From contig OZ024742.1 in the NCBI GenBank assembly GCA_964016885.1, positions 283,898,001 through 283,962,000 of the forward strand: 64,000 nt of DNA, read 5' to 3'. Of the stretch, positions 1 to 12,699 are shown one piece after another (positions within the stretch are counted from its first letter, which is position 1; every line of letters begins with the position of its first letter). A program made the position numbers and the translations under genes. Origin of the DNA: Eledone cirrhosa. Its lineage: Eukaryota. The notes beneath the pieces were generated by a model. The model was not told the DNA's origin, did not search any database, and saw nothing but the letters and a program-made list of their open reading frames with translations.

Positions 1-3000
1 GGGCAAAGTGCCTTTGAAAGGCCTCGCACATCTTCTTAGGCTCCCGGATCACCCGTTCATCCTCGTCTTGCAAAGACCGGATGGTGGATCGATTTCCACT
101 CTTAGCTTCTGTCACGCGGGCCCAGCCAACGGCTTTGGCCCCCTCATTACCTAGAGCACGTATTTTACTTCGAATGACGCAGCCTTCGTGCTTTGCATCG
201 AAAAACTGGCTCAAGGCCGTCCTCGATGCCAGCACTCTGGCCACATCTTCGCTCTTGGTTGCCTCTTCTAATTTACCTGTTAATTCTTTCTCGTTCCTAT
301 TCCTATCGGCAGCTAACATCTTGTTATAACTTATTGATTCTGTTCTAATCTCTCTTTTGAGAGATGCCCACCATCGGTTGTTGACGATTGCACCCGTCAA
401 CCTCTCCTTAACTAATTTGCTAATCCGGTCTCTGTAAGCCTCTTTTGTCGGTAAAGACAAATTAAGTTTCCAGTAACCGGGACCCTGTCTATGTGTTTTC
501 TCGAGATTGACTACGCAGGTCACTAATTTGTGATCTGTATAGCCAACCGTGAGCATTTCTGGACAGCTTAATATGTCCCTATCCTTACTTCTAACTAAGA
601 ATCTATCTAAGTACGATCTAGATTGACCACTGTGGTTCGTCCAAGTCCAGGTTGGCACAGTTGGAAAATCTAGTCGATATCTATCGACCAAGTTAAAACG
701 GTCGAGTAACCCCTTGAGGCTGTTACACCCCCTCTATTAGGACATGCTCCTGCATAGTCCCAACGTGCATCTATGATGTCATTCCAATCCCCCGCTAGAA
801 GCAGGAAACGCGACGTTCCCAGAAAAGTCTCCAGACGCTGGAAGAAGTCGGGTCGTTCAGCTCCGAAAGGGGAGTAGACGGCGACCAGTCTCAAGGCCTC
901 ACCTCCACTACTGCCAACGTCTAGCACCAACAAACGACCTTCCGGGTCCGAGTGAACAACCTGTACGGCGAGACCCAGGTGTTTTTCCAGCAGTACGACA
1001 ACCCCACCCCCACCTCCAGGTTGACAGAGAGATGCATGCACCTCAAAGTCATCGAAAGTAGGGGCCAGCTGCCGCACGACGCTGATCCGAGTTACATTTA
1101 TACCACGTGACCTGAGGTCATTTAGAAGCTTTGCTTGCTTTCAAGTTGAGCCCAGGCCACGTGCATTCAAACATCCTACTCTTAACACATCCATGTGGGC
1201 GGCAAAGCCAAAGGAAAGTGTAGAGACCTACCTTTCTGCTTCCCGGGGTTCGGGTCGCACGACTTCCATGGGGTCGAGGGTGTTGGGTGAAGGGGTGTCT
1301 TGTGGTGGTGTGGGATCGTCAGTGTGTGGTGGGGTTGGGGTGTTTGGAGTTGTGTTGGGGAGGGGAAGGGGAGGGGGAAAGCTTTTTAGGAGGACGCGGT
1401 TTATGGGTTTGACAGAGGGTGGTCCTACGTCCTCCTTAAAATCCTTTTTTAGTTTTTGGTAGAGGTTCATTGGGATCTTTATTAATTTTAAATGTGGGTA
1501 GTTTTCTGAAGAAACAAAGTTTACCCCTTCGGTTTGTACCGAAGGGTTATTGTTTATGAGTTCATTTAATTTATTATTGTTTCTGTTGATGTAAGTATAG
1601 TGTAATGTCTTTTTTTTCGGATGGTGTGAGTGTTTCGAAGAGGGGGCGGGGGCAGGTTTGGTTTTGTTTGTTGCTGGAGGGGTGTTTTGTGTTTTGTTGG
1701 ATTGTGTTGACATTTGGGTAGGGGCTGTTTGGCCTTATGTGTTTTGCACATGTTTTCTTTTTTTCCTTTTAATCTGTCTGAAGGACTCCATTTCTTCCTC
1801 CGAATTCGTTGGGTTATCTTCAGTGTTGGAGGGAAGAGGTATGTTTGCTGGTAATGTTTCCGTGTTGGTTTTCTTTGTGGGGGAGATGGATGTCACTATG
1901 TTAGACTGTGTTGTGTGTTGTGGCTGCGGTGGTTGTGTTGTTTTATTGAGTGAGGGGTTGGGTGGGACTGTGTTTTGTTGTTTGTTTATTTGTTGTGGTG
2001 GTGGTGGTGGAGCTGGTGTTGGTAGCAGGGTTTTCTTCTTGTTGAGTTGGGGACAAGCCGCCTTCAGGTGCCCTCTGCCTGCACAGATATGACAGGACGG
2101 CCTTCTCCCCTCCACGCTAATGTTTATATACCCGTGGCCCTCTAATAGGATTCTGTCGGGTATTTGGGCAATGCGTTCAGGCTTCATTTGCACTACAAGT
2201 TCTATACCTGTTCCACTGAACGCATTGCCTGTGGTTTTCCCAATGGAAATCACGTTGTCATTCACTGGATCGATGAAGCCAGCTATGAGCCAGCAGTAGT
2301 CCATATCTGGCATCATCGCATCCAGCCATATGCGCTGAGTTCTTTTACCCATATAAGATGGATAAAAGGTAAAATTTGTCGAACGAATCGGCGACAAAGC
2401 ATATTTTTTTGCCGCTGATTCGTTCTTCATAATAATGGCTAGGCTTCCATACAGCCTGTCTCTGCTTATGAAAGTGGCTTCATTAAGTACTTCTCTAAGT
2501 ACTGCTTTAATTTCTGCTTGTGTTGGTTGTTGAGGTTTTTTTGAGATGTTGTTGATGGTGCGGAAAACGACCGTTCGACTTTCAATATCTTTGGTGAGTT
2601 ATTGGGGCATTTTTACTGACAAGGCTCCATTTTCCCCTTGAGTTATGAATTGTTTGGCGTTTTTTATTCTTTGTGCCACATCTGAAATATTTTCAGGTAT
2701 GTATGTTAAAGATTTTTTTGTTGTTTGTGCAAATGAGATATTATTGGTGTTGACTTTGTCGTCTGTTTTGCTTTCTGTTATGATGTTGTTTTCAAATGTT
2801 ATTTTTGTGTTTGTTGTTTCTTTGTTTGTGGTATTAATATTGTCATGCAATTCTTTCAATCTTTTTTTGTTGTTGGAATCAATCTCCAGATTTGTGTTTT
2901 CGTCATTTTTCTCCGCACACTCGTCTGTTTTTATTTTATTTTTTCTTTCCTTCTCTATGACGTTAGTTGGGAAGGAAAGGGGGGGGGATTAAAGCGTGCG

Positions 3001-3050
3001 AGCTTACAACTCTTACCGCTGTCCCGCACCACTATTTTCGTTAGCTTCGT
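1..3050 (-). mobile_element. Tx1/L1-clade non-LTR retrotransposon (subfamily C), degenerate, runs off the left edge
   Basis: ORF1 remnants at ~1228-2960 with a CCHC knuckle (CHICAGRGHLKAAC). ORF2 starts at 1194 (MDVLRVGCLNARGLG) with APE motifs (LVAVYSP, GDWN, TDH), homologous to the intact copy at 32809. Contains stops and frameshifts. Confidence 0.9.
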
Positions 3051-3289
3051 TTAACATTTCTGCCAGACGATTGAAATTTTATGCAACAAAATTTTTAAAA
3101 ACAGGTTTTTCACCCCTGGGAGGGGCGAAAATGAGCTGACCCACCGCCTGACAGTTCAGACGGGGGGTCAAGCTACACAATAGTATCAAAATTAAAATTA
3201 AACTTACAAAATTTCCGCAATAAATTGGAACAAAACTTCTGCGCGAAGTGAATTACGTCTACGCTATCGAACAGACGACAGCTAGTCCC

Positions 3290-3290
<1 letters not shown>

Positions 3291-3343
<53 letters not shown>

Positions 3344-3400
3344 GTGTACCAAACACTCACACATTTCTTACTCTCTCTGTCCCTCTCTCTTTCTCTCTTC

Positions 3401-3466
<66 letters not shown>

Positions 3467-3486
3467 ATGTGTGTGTGTGTGTGTGT

Positions 3487-3536
<50 letters not shown>

Positions 3537-3643
3537 AGCATTGTTATTTGGCGTTGTTGAAAAGAGCAGTGGCCTTTGACCTGGCAATAAAAACCTTACC
3601 AAAAAATCCTTTTTGTACCCAAACCAAGGCACACACACACACA

Positions 3644-3697
<54 letters not shown>

Positions 3698-3790
3698 CGT
3701 GCGCGTCTGTGTGTGTGTGTGTGCGTGCGCGTCTATGTGTGTGTGTGTGTCTGTGTATCTATCTATGTATATCTGTGTATATATATATAT
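3291..3790. repeat. Microsatellite cluster (GATA)n, (TA)n, (GT)n
   Basis: Direct reading of the sequence. Confidence 0.95.
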
Positions 3791-4189
3791 AAGGGATACA
3801 AATACTACTTTCTCACTGTCTCCAAGCTTCTCAATTCATTCGTTGCTAAGTATTTTATTTTGCAAGGTACTATTTTCCCCCTGAGTTTGTGATTTCAGAG
3901 AAAGGTAAGAAATTCTTCATATTTTACATCTTTTGTATTTTGACTTTACAGTTTGAATTGTAGAATTGTTTATCCAATCAAAATATTACAACAGCTAACA
4001 GTGAAATATAGAATTTAAAAAAAAGCTTTTTCGACTGAAATCAAGTCTTTGAGAACATTCCGTTTATTTTTCAAAAATATATAATTTGAAATAGTTTGCT
4101 TTTGTTTTTGGACTGAAACTTTTTTTGTATTTAATTCGTACGGGTATTTTTTAAAGATCTTTTTAAAGATTCTAACATAACTTGATTTG

Positions 4190-5616
4190 GCCCATTACGT
4201 GCACTGCGGCATTCATATTTCTCAACTTATTATAGCTAAGTCCGTACAACAAGTTCACTTATCAAAAATGTTCTAGGTTACGTGAATGAATTGCGGAAAC
4301 TATATAGTACATCTGTACATCAGGGAAATTTAAGCACGCGTATTTATCACATGATGAAGAAAATGAAGTATCGTCACCACGCTCCTTAAAACCTGTGTGC
4401 CCTACTCGATGGTTAACACGACTTTCTGCAGTCAAAGCCCTTCTTTACAATTATTCAGATGTTCCTATTTCTTTACAAGAAGCAACAAATGAGTTTGGCA
4501 CCAACATTGCATCCAGCGCTAATGTTATTCTTACGTGTCACTCTCCGGGCCAATGTGTCCTTGGATTGCACGTTGTAGTTCCATTACTTCAATTCCTTGA
4601 AGGATTGAACAAATCTTTTCAAAGTACCACCCTCAATCTAGGTAGCATGTTGCATAGTGTCAAACTGGTGCAGGAGGAGCTAAACAATCTACGCAGTGAA
4701 GAAAAATTTCAGGAGCTGTTCAATACAGCAGAAAAAATAATTTATCAACTCGATATTTCTCCTTTGGAGCTACCCAGGCAACGAAAAGTTCCTAAAAGAT
4801 ATCAGGAAGGAAATGCGTTAAAATATCAACACTGCACTGCTTTGGATCATTACAGAGTGCAGTATTTTCAGGTAGTGGATACTGCAATATCAAATTTGAA
4901 AGATTTTTTTTTTTTCACAGGATTTAGCAGATTATGAAAAACTGAGCAATATTTTACTCAATGGAAAGTTTTGTGCTGAAGTGATCATGCACTATCCAGA
5001 GCTTGATGAATTTTCTTTAAGGAACGAAATACTTTTTTATAGAAATCATCATAGTAGATCATCTCTCGAGGATCATCGTAAAATATTCGGTGAAATGCAA
5101 CTAGAAGTCCGTCGCATGTTTCTAAATGTTGAGCGATTGCTCAGGCTACTTTTAATGTTTCCAACCAGTTCTTGTGAAGCTGAAAGATCTTTTAGCGCTC
5201 TGCAGAGACTCAAAACTTGGTTGCGATCGACCATGACTCAGCAAAGGTTGAATCATATTCTAGTATGCCACGTTCATAAAGATGTTTTGAAAAAGATTAG
5301 TTGTGAAGAAGTTACTAAATTATTTATTGGCAGCAATGATGCAAGATATGATACATTTGGAAAGTTCTAAAAGACAAATTTACTTCATATGATTTTTATT
5401 CAAATGTTTATGTTTTATTTTTTGTTTATTTGATATAATAAATACTTTTTAAGCTTATTTTTTTATATCTGAACTTCATTTGAATATATAAAATTTAATT
5501 AGCGTAAAATTTTACTTATATGATAGGGTTCAGGAAAGACACCATAAATAATACTAAAATGCTCCAACAAATGTTGGTTTGTCCCCCTCACATTTTTAAG
5601 GCAAACGAGGCCCCTG
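4190..5616 (+). mobile_element. hAT DNA transposon, 3' portion (ZMYM1/P52rIPK-like transposase pseudogene)
   Basis: ORFs 4395-4937 (CPTRW motif) and 4981-5370 (hATC dimerisation domain SSCEAERSFSALQRLKTWLRSTM), joined by a frameshift. Putative right terminal repeat GAGGCCCCTG ends at 5616. Confidence 0.85.
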
Positions 5617-5869
5617 GAAAAGAGCAACATTATTTATAAATTGAATTCACTAACCCGTTCATCACCGTGTTCGACTTGACCTCGATACTTCAGCTCATTC
5701 TTACTAACATTCGGTTTGCTTGACCCCATCTTCTCTTCAATTCATTTCCACATCATTTATTCTATAACTAGATTGTTGCTATTCCTATATAAACTGACTG
5801 TTTATACTACGATCAAGTCTTGTTATAGCCTTGGGCTTAAGGAAGTGCTTTTGTAGTCTTCAACAGTCA

Positions 5870-7333
5870 TCTGTGTATATATAAAATTAAGTATGTGTGT
5901 GTGTCTGTGTATTACCTATAGGGTCCTACATCTTACGATCAATTTTCATGAAACTTTACAGGCTCATAGATTACTCATCGGGAAGTGTTTTCTATATATC
6001 AGCGTATCGTTTTTTTTTTATTCCGGAGTTATTCTGCAGATAAAAATCGATTGGGGGGGGGGGGGGGGGGCACCTTTTTTTAGGTATCGAAAAATAAGCT
6101 TTTTGGCTCTAGCTCCCACATTTTGCCACTGATTTCGTTCAAATTTTAAAACAAAATAGAATGTATCATTGCACATCCTGTAATGGCTTTATATTTTGAA
6201 TTTGTTGTTCAGGGACGGCGTGGCAGCCGCTTAAATATTTAAAAATACCACTTTTAGACTCACATTTCCACTATTTCGGCTCTAGCTCCCACATTAATCA
6301 ACCTACTTTGTTCAAATTTTACACTACGCTAGATTTGATTATTTCACGTCTTAAAGTGGCTTTACATTTTGGATTTTTTGTTCAGCCGTTTAAATATTCG
6401 AAAATACCACCTTTTCGCTCAAATTTCTGCCTTTTCGGCTCTAGCTCCCACATTTTGCCACTGATTTCGTTCAAATTTTAAAACAAAATAGAATTTATCA
6501 TTGCACATCCTGTAATGGCTTTATATTTTGAATTTGTTGTTCAGGGACGGCGTGGCAGCCGCTTAAATATTTAAAAATACCACTTTTAGACTCACATTTC
6601 CACTATTTCGGCTCTAGCTCCCACATTAATCAACCTACTTTGTTCAAATTTTACACTACGCTAGATTTGATTATTTCACGTCTTAAAGTGGCTTTACATT
6701 TTGGATTTTTTGTTCAGCCGTTTAAATATTCGAAAATACCACCTTTTCGCTCAAATTTCTGCCTTTTCGGCTCTAGCTCCCACATTTTGCCACTGATTTC
6801 GTTCAAATTTTAAAACAAAATAGAATTTATCATTGCACATCCTGTAATGGCTTTATATTTTGAATTTGTTGTTCAGGGACGGCGTGGCAGCCGCTTAAAT
6901 ATTTAAAAATACCACTTTTAGACTCACATTTCCACTATTTCGGCTTTAGCTCCCACATTAATCAACCTACTTTGTTCAAATTTTACACTACGCTAGATCT
7001 GATTATTTCACGTCTTAAAGTGGCTTTACATTTTGGATTTTTTGTTCAGCCGTTTAAATATTCGAAAATACCACCTTTTCGCTCAAATTTCTGCCTTTTC
7101 GGCTCTAGCTCCCACATATTTCAACCGATTTCGTTCAAATTCGAAACCCCCCCGATCATGCCCCTTCGTCAGTCACCCGCGTTTCTCAGTGATAGAGGTC
7201 ATCACCACCCTCCACCGTATGGCCTGTGTGTGGCCATAGATGAGTCATCGAGAAGCAATCGCTAAGATCAACACCTTTTCATCAAAGCAGATATTATTTT
7301 ACCTACCCAGGCAACGCTGGGTACTGCTGCTAG
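5870..7333 (+). mobile_element. Non-autonomous Helitron-like element with internal tandem repeat
   Basis: 5' end TCTGTGTATATATAAAA follows an A. 3' end has the hairpin ACCCAG-GCAACG-CTGGGT followed by CTAG (7330-7333). Confidence 0.7.
6100..7145 (+). repeat. Tandem repeat, ~332-bp unit x ~3, each unit made of two ~160-170 bp subunits
   Basis: GCT(C/T)TAGCTCCCACAT recurs at ~6106, 6279, 6438, 6611, 6770, 6942 and 7102, with alternating subunit types. Confidence 0.9.
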
Positions 7334-7599
7334 CCCATTATAATTGCAGCACCATTACAAGAATATCACAGTGATGCATTAAGGTAAGGGCGATAATTTG
7401 AGTAACTCTGACTAATAAGTAATGTCTTAACTTAGTATTATCGCGTCTTATCACTACGTGCTTAATTGATGAATTCCATTTCAAAATAGCACATTACTAG
7501 TCATTCTTTCATTAAGTTCTATTGAACTCGTGCCTCGTTGATCCTTTATTGAGTCTGCCACCTTAATTCCCTCAAGCTAAGTTATTACTATTCCTACAT

Positions 7600-9930
7600 G
7601 AAAGACTGGTTAATCTTCATATATAACTTATCTCGACTTGGTTAACACCATGTGTTTAATTTGCAAGGAGTCCTTTTCGAATGAGGCGATGAAGCTATCG
7701 CGTTTGAGTAGACACCTGGAGGTGAGGCACCCCGATAAGAGATATAAAGATTTAGCATACTTTCAGTCTCTTAGGGACCAATTCCAGAAAACAACACTAA
7801 TTTCTTCTGCCTTTTCAAAAGTTGAAGCTTCAAATGTTGATGGACTTGTCGCATCTTACAATATTGCCAACATAATCGCAAAGTGTGGCAAGCCCCATTC
7901 CTTGGGTGAAACATTGGTAGCCCCTGTCATCTCAGAAGTTCTTTCAACAGTACTACGTCAGAACCCGTTAAAGACCTTGAAATGTATTCCGTTGAGTAAC
8001 GACTCAATAAGAAGATGCATCGACGAAATGGCGGAAAATGTTGAACAAAAATTATACAACATCTTGAAATCGACACAATTTGCTTTGCAACTTGATGAAA
8101 GCACACTTTCCGGGAATCAGTCTTTACTACTGGGATACGTGCGATTTTTTTCCACCAAAATGAAATGCACGAGGAGCTTCTCTTCACTCTGAATCTAGCC
8201 ACAGCTACTAAAGGTGCCACAATCTTTGAATCTGTCAAGGGATATCTCGAAGAAAAAGAGATACCTCTTAACAATATTGTATCATGTGCTACGGACGGCG
8301 CAAGAGCAATGGTCGGCCAACATAAGGGTTTCGTCTCTCTTCTGAAGAGTGAAAATCAATCTGTATTTGCTGTTCATTGTGTCATTCATCGACAACACTT
8401 GGCTGCGAAGAAACTCAGCGAGCCGCTGAGCAAGTCTTTGCAGGTAGCCATTGATGTCATCAATTATATCAAACGCCATGCTCTCAATGAACGAATTTTC
8501 CGGCAACTGTGCGAAGATAATGACGAAGAATTCGTTGAGTTGCTCCTTCATACTGAAGTGAGGTGGCTTTCAAAGGGCAAGTGCCTTACTCGCTTCTTTG
8601 AACTGTTCGACTCTCTCATTGAGTTTCTTCGAGGACGCAACACAGAACTGTATAAAAAAAACCTCGATGTGAGGCAAGACTGCGCCTACCTCGCCGACAT
8701 CTTCGACAAATGCAATAGCCTCTTTATGGCTTTGCAGGGGGAGAAAATCACCGTGTTTAAAGCAAGAAATGCTGTGAAAATATTCCTGGCCAAATTGAAA
8801 GTCATCGAAAGGAATCTTTGTCGACGGGAATTCTATAATTTTCCTAGTGTCGCCAATGTTCAGAACATTGTGAGCGATAACCAACTCTAAATTTATACCG
8901 CGCACCTCCGTGCACTACAAGACAACATGAGAGAACGGTTTGTCGACCTTTTTCAGATGGACATCCCAATGTGGATAGCAGATCCCTTCATAGCTAACGT
9001 CGACGATTTGGACGTTAAATTTCAGGAAGAATTAATTGAACTTCAGACAGATGACATTATCAAAATTAAATTTTCCAAAATAGGTGAACCCCTTTTTTTG
9101 GATGCAATAGGAAATTCAACGTCTATTTCCACTCCTACATGCAGAGGCTAAGAGATTTGCTTTGCCTTTTCCTAGCTCATACTTAGTCGAGAGGGGGTTT
9201 GGCGCTGTTTCCAGACTGCACAGTAAGGCTCGCAACCGCTACAATGTGAGTACACGTGGAGATCTCGGGCTACATCTTACGAAAATCCAGCCTGACGTCA
9301 AAGAGTTAGCTAAACTCCATGAAGCTCAAGGGTCCCATTGAAACGAGGTCAAAGTAAGTCGATTTTTTTATTTGTAGTTGCAGTCTGACTGGACTGGAAA
9401 CCATCTACCACAATTCTCTTACTCATTTGTTGTATATATTTTACCGTTTACTAATGCATTACGTGGTCATGGAAACCCTCTTGCGTGGTCTCTAAGCTCA
9501 CAAAGCGGAGGGGACATCAAGTTAGATATCAACATTTATTCTGTCCGTTTCATTAAAGGGAAAATTGGAAAGCTTTGAAATAATAGAATTGCCACTTTCT
9601 TCCAGATAAGAGCACTCTTTGGATAGAGTTGCTCTTGTATAAATGTTCAAAATAGTTGGTATCGTCTGGTGGGAATATAACAAATTCAACTGGTCCTTAT
9701 TCATAAAAAAAGAACATTTATGTTCCTTTTTTTAAAGTTGCTTTCAAGGAATGTATTTATACTTTCAACTGCTTGCAATGGTATCTTTGGAATATCGTTA
9801 ATCAATTTTTTAGTAATCTACTAATATCAAAATCAGTAGTATATTGAAAAATGGAAAAATAGGGTAGGGGTGTTTCGTGATTTCGAGGGGCAAAAGGGGG
9901 CATTTGGCCGAAATGGGTTGAGAACCTTTG
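7600..9930 (+). mobile_element. hAT Buster/Charlie-type transposon (SCAND3/ZBED5-like transposase), disrupted
   Basis: BED finger (CLIC...RHLEVRH), FALQLDEST, CATDGA, HCVIHRQHL, LHTEVRWLS, C-terminal FPSSYLVERGF...QGSH* (stop 9339-9341). Frameshifts near 8160 and 9095, stop at 8888-8890. Right TIR GGTTGAGAACCTTTG ends at 9930 and is followed by CTGTAGAC (NNNTANNN target). Confidence 0.9.
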
Positions 9931-10134
9931 CTGTAGACCTCTGGGCCTGAAGGTAGCGGTGGATCTTTCACATAGCTGGTCTGTATCGTGGTGCTCCGAT
10001 CTCTCTGTATAAACGTGGGATGATACAGGTTTTATATATCTGTCGCTTTCTGTCTCCCACCTTGAGGGGATAGCCCACGCATGAACCTGTTCATACTAAA
10101 AGGTGTCACCCAAGGTTCAAGGCGTGGACAGATC

Positions 10135-10138
<4 letters not shown>
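9931..10138 (-). repeat. LTR-like repeat fragment (inverse copy of 12700-12940)
   Basis: The reverse complement begins TGTAGATCTGTCCACGCCTTGAACCTTGGGTGACACC and aligns with 12700 onward. Contains a TATA-like TATATAAA. Confidence 0.6.
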
Positions 10139-10197
<59 letters not shown>

Positions 10198-10314
10198 CTA
10201 CAGTTTGTCCATATCGATTTAAAATAATAAATCAACGAAGACGAACTGTATTGCCAAGGGGCTGTGATGTTTAGACACATTTAAATTTCAAAATCAAACC
10301 TGTTCCGTAGATAA

Positions 10315-10390
10315 GTTTAAACTTTAAGATCCAAATATGTTTCGAGTTAAATAAGTGTAGGAATATCATGTCCTGCTCTCCTCAGTAAAC
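10315..10390 (-). ncRNA. Hammerhead ribozyme-like motif (type I, weak stem III), copy 1
   Basis: Minus strand reads GTTTA-CTGAGGA-GAG...CTC-GAAA-C...G-TT-TAAAC. Confidence 0.5.
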
Positions 10391-10831
10391 ATCCAGGGAC
10401 AAATTGATATGCTTCACTTCTAAATAATTTAAAAGACTGCGTGACGCACATGGTTTTACAGTATCTAACTAGTCTCATAACCGTACTGCTAGAAATAACA
10501 GTCGTATATATGAGGCGGCTTGCAGCTCAAACTAGGAGCAGTTAAAATTAATAAGGTAATGAATTCTTTTACAATGGAATCAGCTCGAAGGAGGAAAATA
10601 CCCCCTGAGCAGTGTATAAATTAATATGTATGTGATGAAACACAGATACCAACACATCTGTATATATATTGCAAAAGAAAAATTTAGCCAGATTGAAGTA
10701 TACTAATTATTATACTACAGTTTGTCCATATCGATTTAAAATAATAAATCAACGAAGACGAACTGTATTGCCAAGAAGCTGTGATGTTTAGACACATTTA
10801 AATTTCAAAATCAAACCTGTTCCGTAGATAA

Positions 10832-10907
10832 GTTTAAACTTTAAGATCCAAATATGTTTCGAGTTAAATAAGTGTAGGAATATCATGTCCTGCTCTCCTC
10901 AGTAAAC
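10832..10907 (-). ncRNA. Hammerhead ribozyme-like motif, copy 2
   Basis: Same sequence as 10315-10390, offset by 517 bp. Confidence 0.5.
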
Positions 10908-11224
10908 ATCCAGGGACAAATTGATATGCTTCACTTCTAAATAATTTAAAAGACTGCGTAACGCACATGATTTTGAAATTTAAATGTGTCTAAACATCAC
11001 AGCCTCTTGGCAATACAGTTCGTCTTCGTTGATTTATTATTTTAAATCGATATGGACAAACTGTAGTATAATAATTAGTATACTTCAATCTGGCTAAATT
11101 TTTCTTTTGCAATATATATACAGATGTGTTGGTATCTGTGTTTCATCACATACATATTAATTTATACACTGCTCAGGGGGTACTTTCCTCCTTCGAGCTG
11201 ATTCCATTGTAAAAGAATTCATTA

Positions 11225-11286
<62 letters not shown>

Positions 11287-11287
11287 A

Positions 11288-11559
11288 TCTAGAAATTGAT
11301 TGACATATATATATATTTAAAATAAACACATGAAACAATCACAGGGGATAATTTGTAAAGTGTGTAAACACACACAGCTAGGTAGGTAACTAATTAAAGT
11401 TTAACTAGATCTTCAAATATTACCTTTTAAGAAATGATTAATCCTCCTTGTATATATTTCATTAAAGAAATATATTTCACTAAAAATCCGCAAAATCACA
11501 GCAGTTAAATCTCTAGCTGTGTGTGTTTACACACTTTACAAATTATCCCGTGTTTATTT

Positions 11560-11611
<52 letters not shown>

Positions 11612-11626
11612 AATCAATTTCTAGAT
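11288..11626. repeat. Inverted repeat (fold-back) beside (TA)n
   Basis: TCTAGAAATTGATTGAC...TGTAAACACACACAGCTAG has its reverse complement at 11513-11626. Confidence 0.75.
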
Positions 11627-11735
11627 GATATAAAATGCTCGGATCTATTCATTAGAATCTTTGAGCTTATTCTATAGTGGATATGGCGCATGTCTCGGAC
11701 ATGACACCTTTAATTTAATTTAATTAAATCTATTT

Positions 11736-11773
<38 letters not shown>

Positions 11774-11946
11774 AATAAAATATAGAGTTATTAACTCATA
11801 TAGATACCCTGCTCAAAGTATAAATACTGAGCATTATAATATTAATATGTGTAGAAGTAAACACAGTAAATCCTGTGTCCAAAATTAGGTGTAGAGGTGT
11901 AAACTTTAGTGAGTTTCTCGTTATAGGTGTTGTGTATCATTTAATC

Positions 11947-12042
11947 TTATCTCTCGCTGACGAAATGCCTACGGATTACTTGTTACAAACACGATTCATT
12001 CAGGGCGAAACAGATTAAATCTTTAGTCTGTCCGGGAGATGA
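11947..12042 (+). ncRNA. Type I hammerhead ribozyme motif
   Basis: Stem I ATCTCTCG/CGGGAGAT, core CTGACGA (11957-11963), stem II GCCT/GGGC, GAAA (12007-12010), stem III CAGATTAAA/TTTAGTCTG, cleavage triplet GTC (after 12032). A 3-nt insertion (AAT) precedes stem II. Confidence 0.7.
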
Positions 12043-12389
12043 AATTGTTATTGATATGGTATGTATGAGAAATCTTATAAGAAATCTTGTAACATCCCAT
12101 ATGATTCAGGTTAAATGATATATAACATTTGTGGTGTAATCTACCCTCATAATTTTAGACACGGGATTTACTGTGTTTACTTCTACACATATTAATATAT
12201 ATATATATCCACACATAGATCTACATGCACACAGACATAGATATATCTAAACACAGACACACCTATATACATATGTGTGTACGTACCTGCACATACACGT
12301 GCTTATATCCCCAAAAGCACATGTACACATACACATCTATATCTGTACACACCCAACTAAAAATAAAATAAGATAAAAATAAAAATAGA

Positions 12390-12477
<88 letters not shown>

Positions 12478-12544
12478 AGTTAGAAAGTCAAAATAGTCTT
12501 TTACAATTAAATAGCTCAAGGAAGGGATCTTTCTGAGCCATGTA

Positions 12545-12694
12545 ATACAATTGAATATATGAGAGGGATGAACACCGATACAAGTATACATGTGTTCGAA
12601 TTGCAAATGACCAAGTTAGCTAACTTGGTCATTTGCAATTCGAACACATGTATACTTGTATCGGTGTTCATCCCTCTCGTATATTCAATTGTAT
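12545..12694. repeat. ~150-bp near-perfect spacerless palindrome
   Basis: Centre at 12619/12620 (CCAAGTTAG|CTAACTTGG). I saw one mismatch. Confidence 0.95.
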
Positions 12695-12699
12695 ATATA

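Larger units (their letters stand above)
10194..11224 (-). mobile_element. Penelope-like pseudo-LTR relic: direct repeat with 517-bp period plus an inverted partial copy
   Basis: 10194-10452 matches 10711-10969. 10557-10812 is inverted at 10969-11224. Flanked by (TA)n, and each direct repeat carries a hammerhead-like core. Confidence 0.65.

Noticed and set aside
6100-7145. Regularly spaced short motif resembling a CRISPR array
   Set aside because: The spacers themselves repeat, the context is eukaryotic and there are no cas genes.
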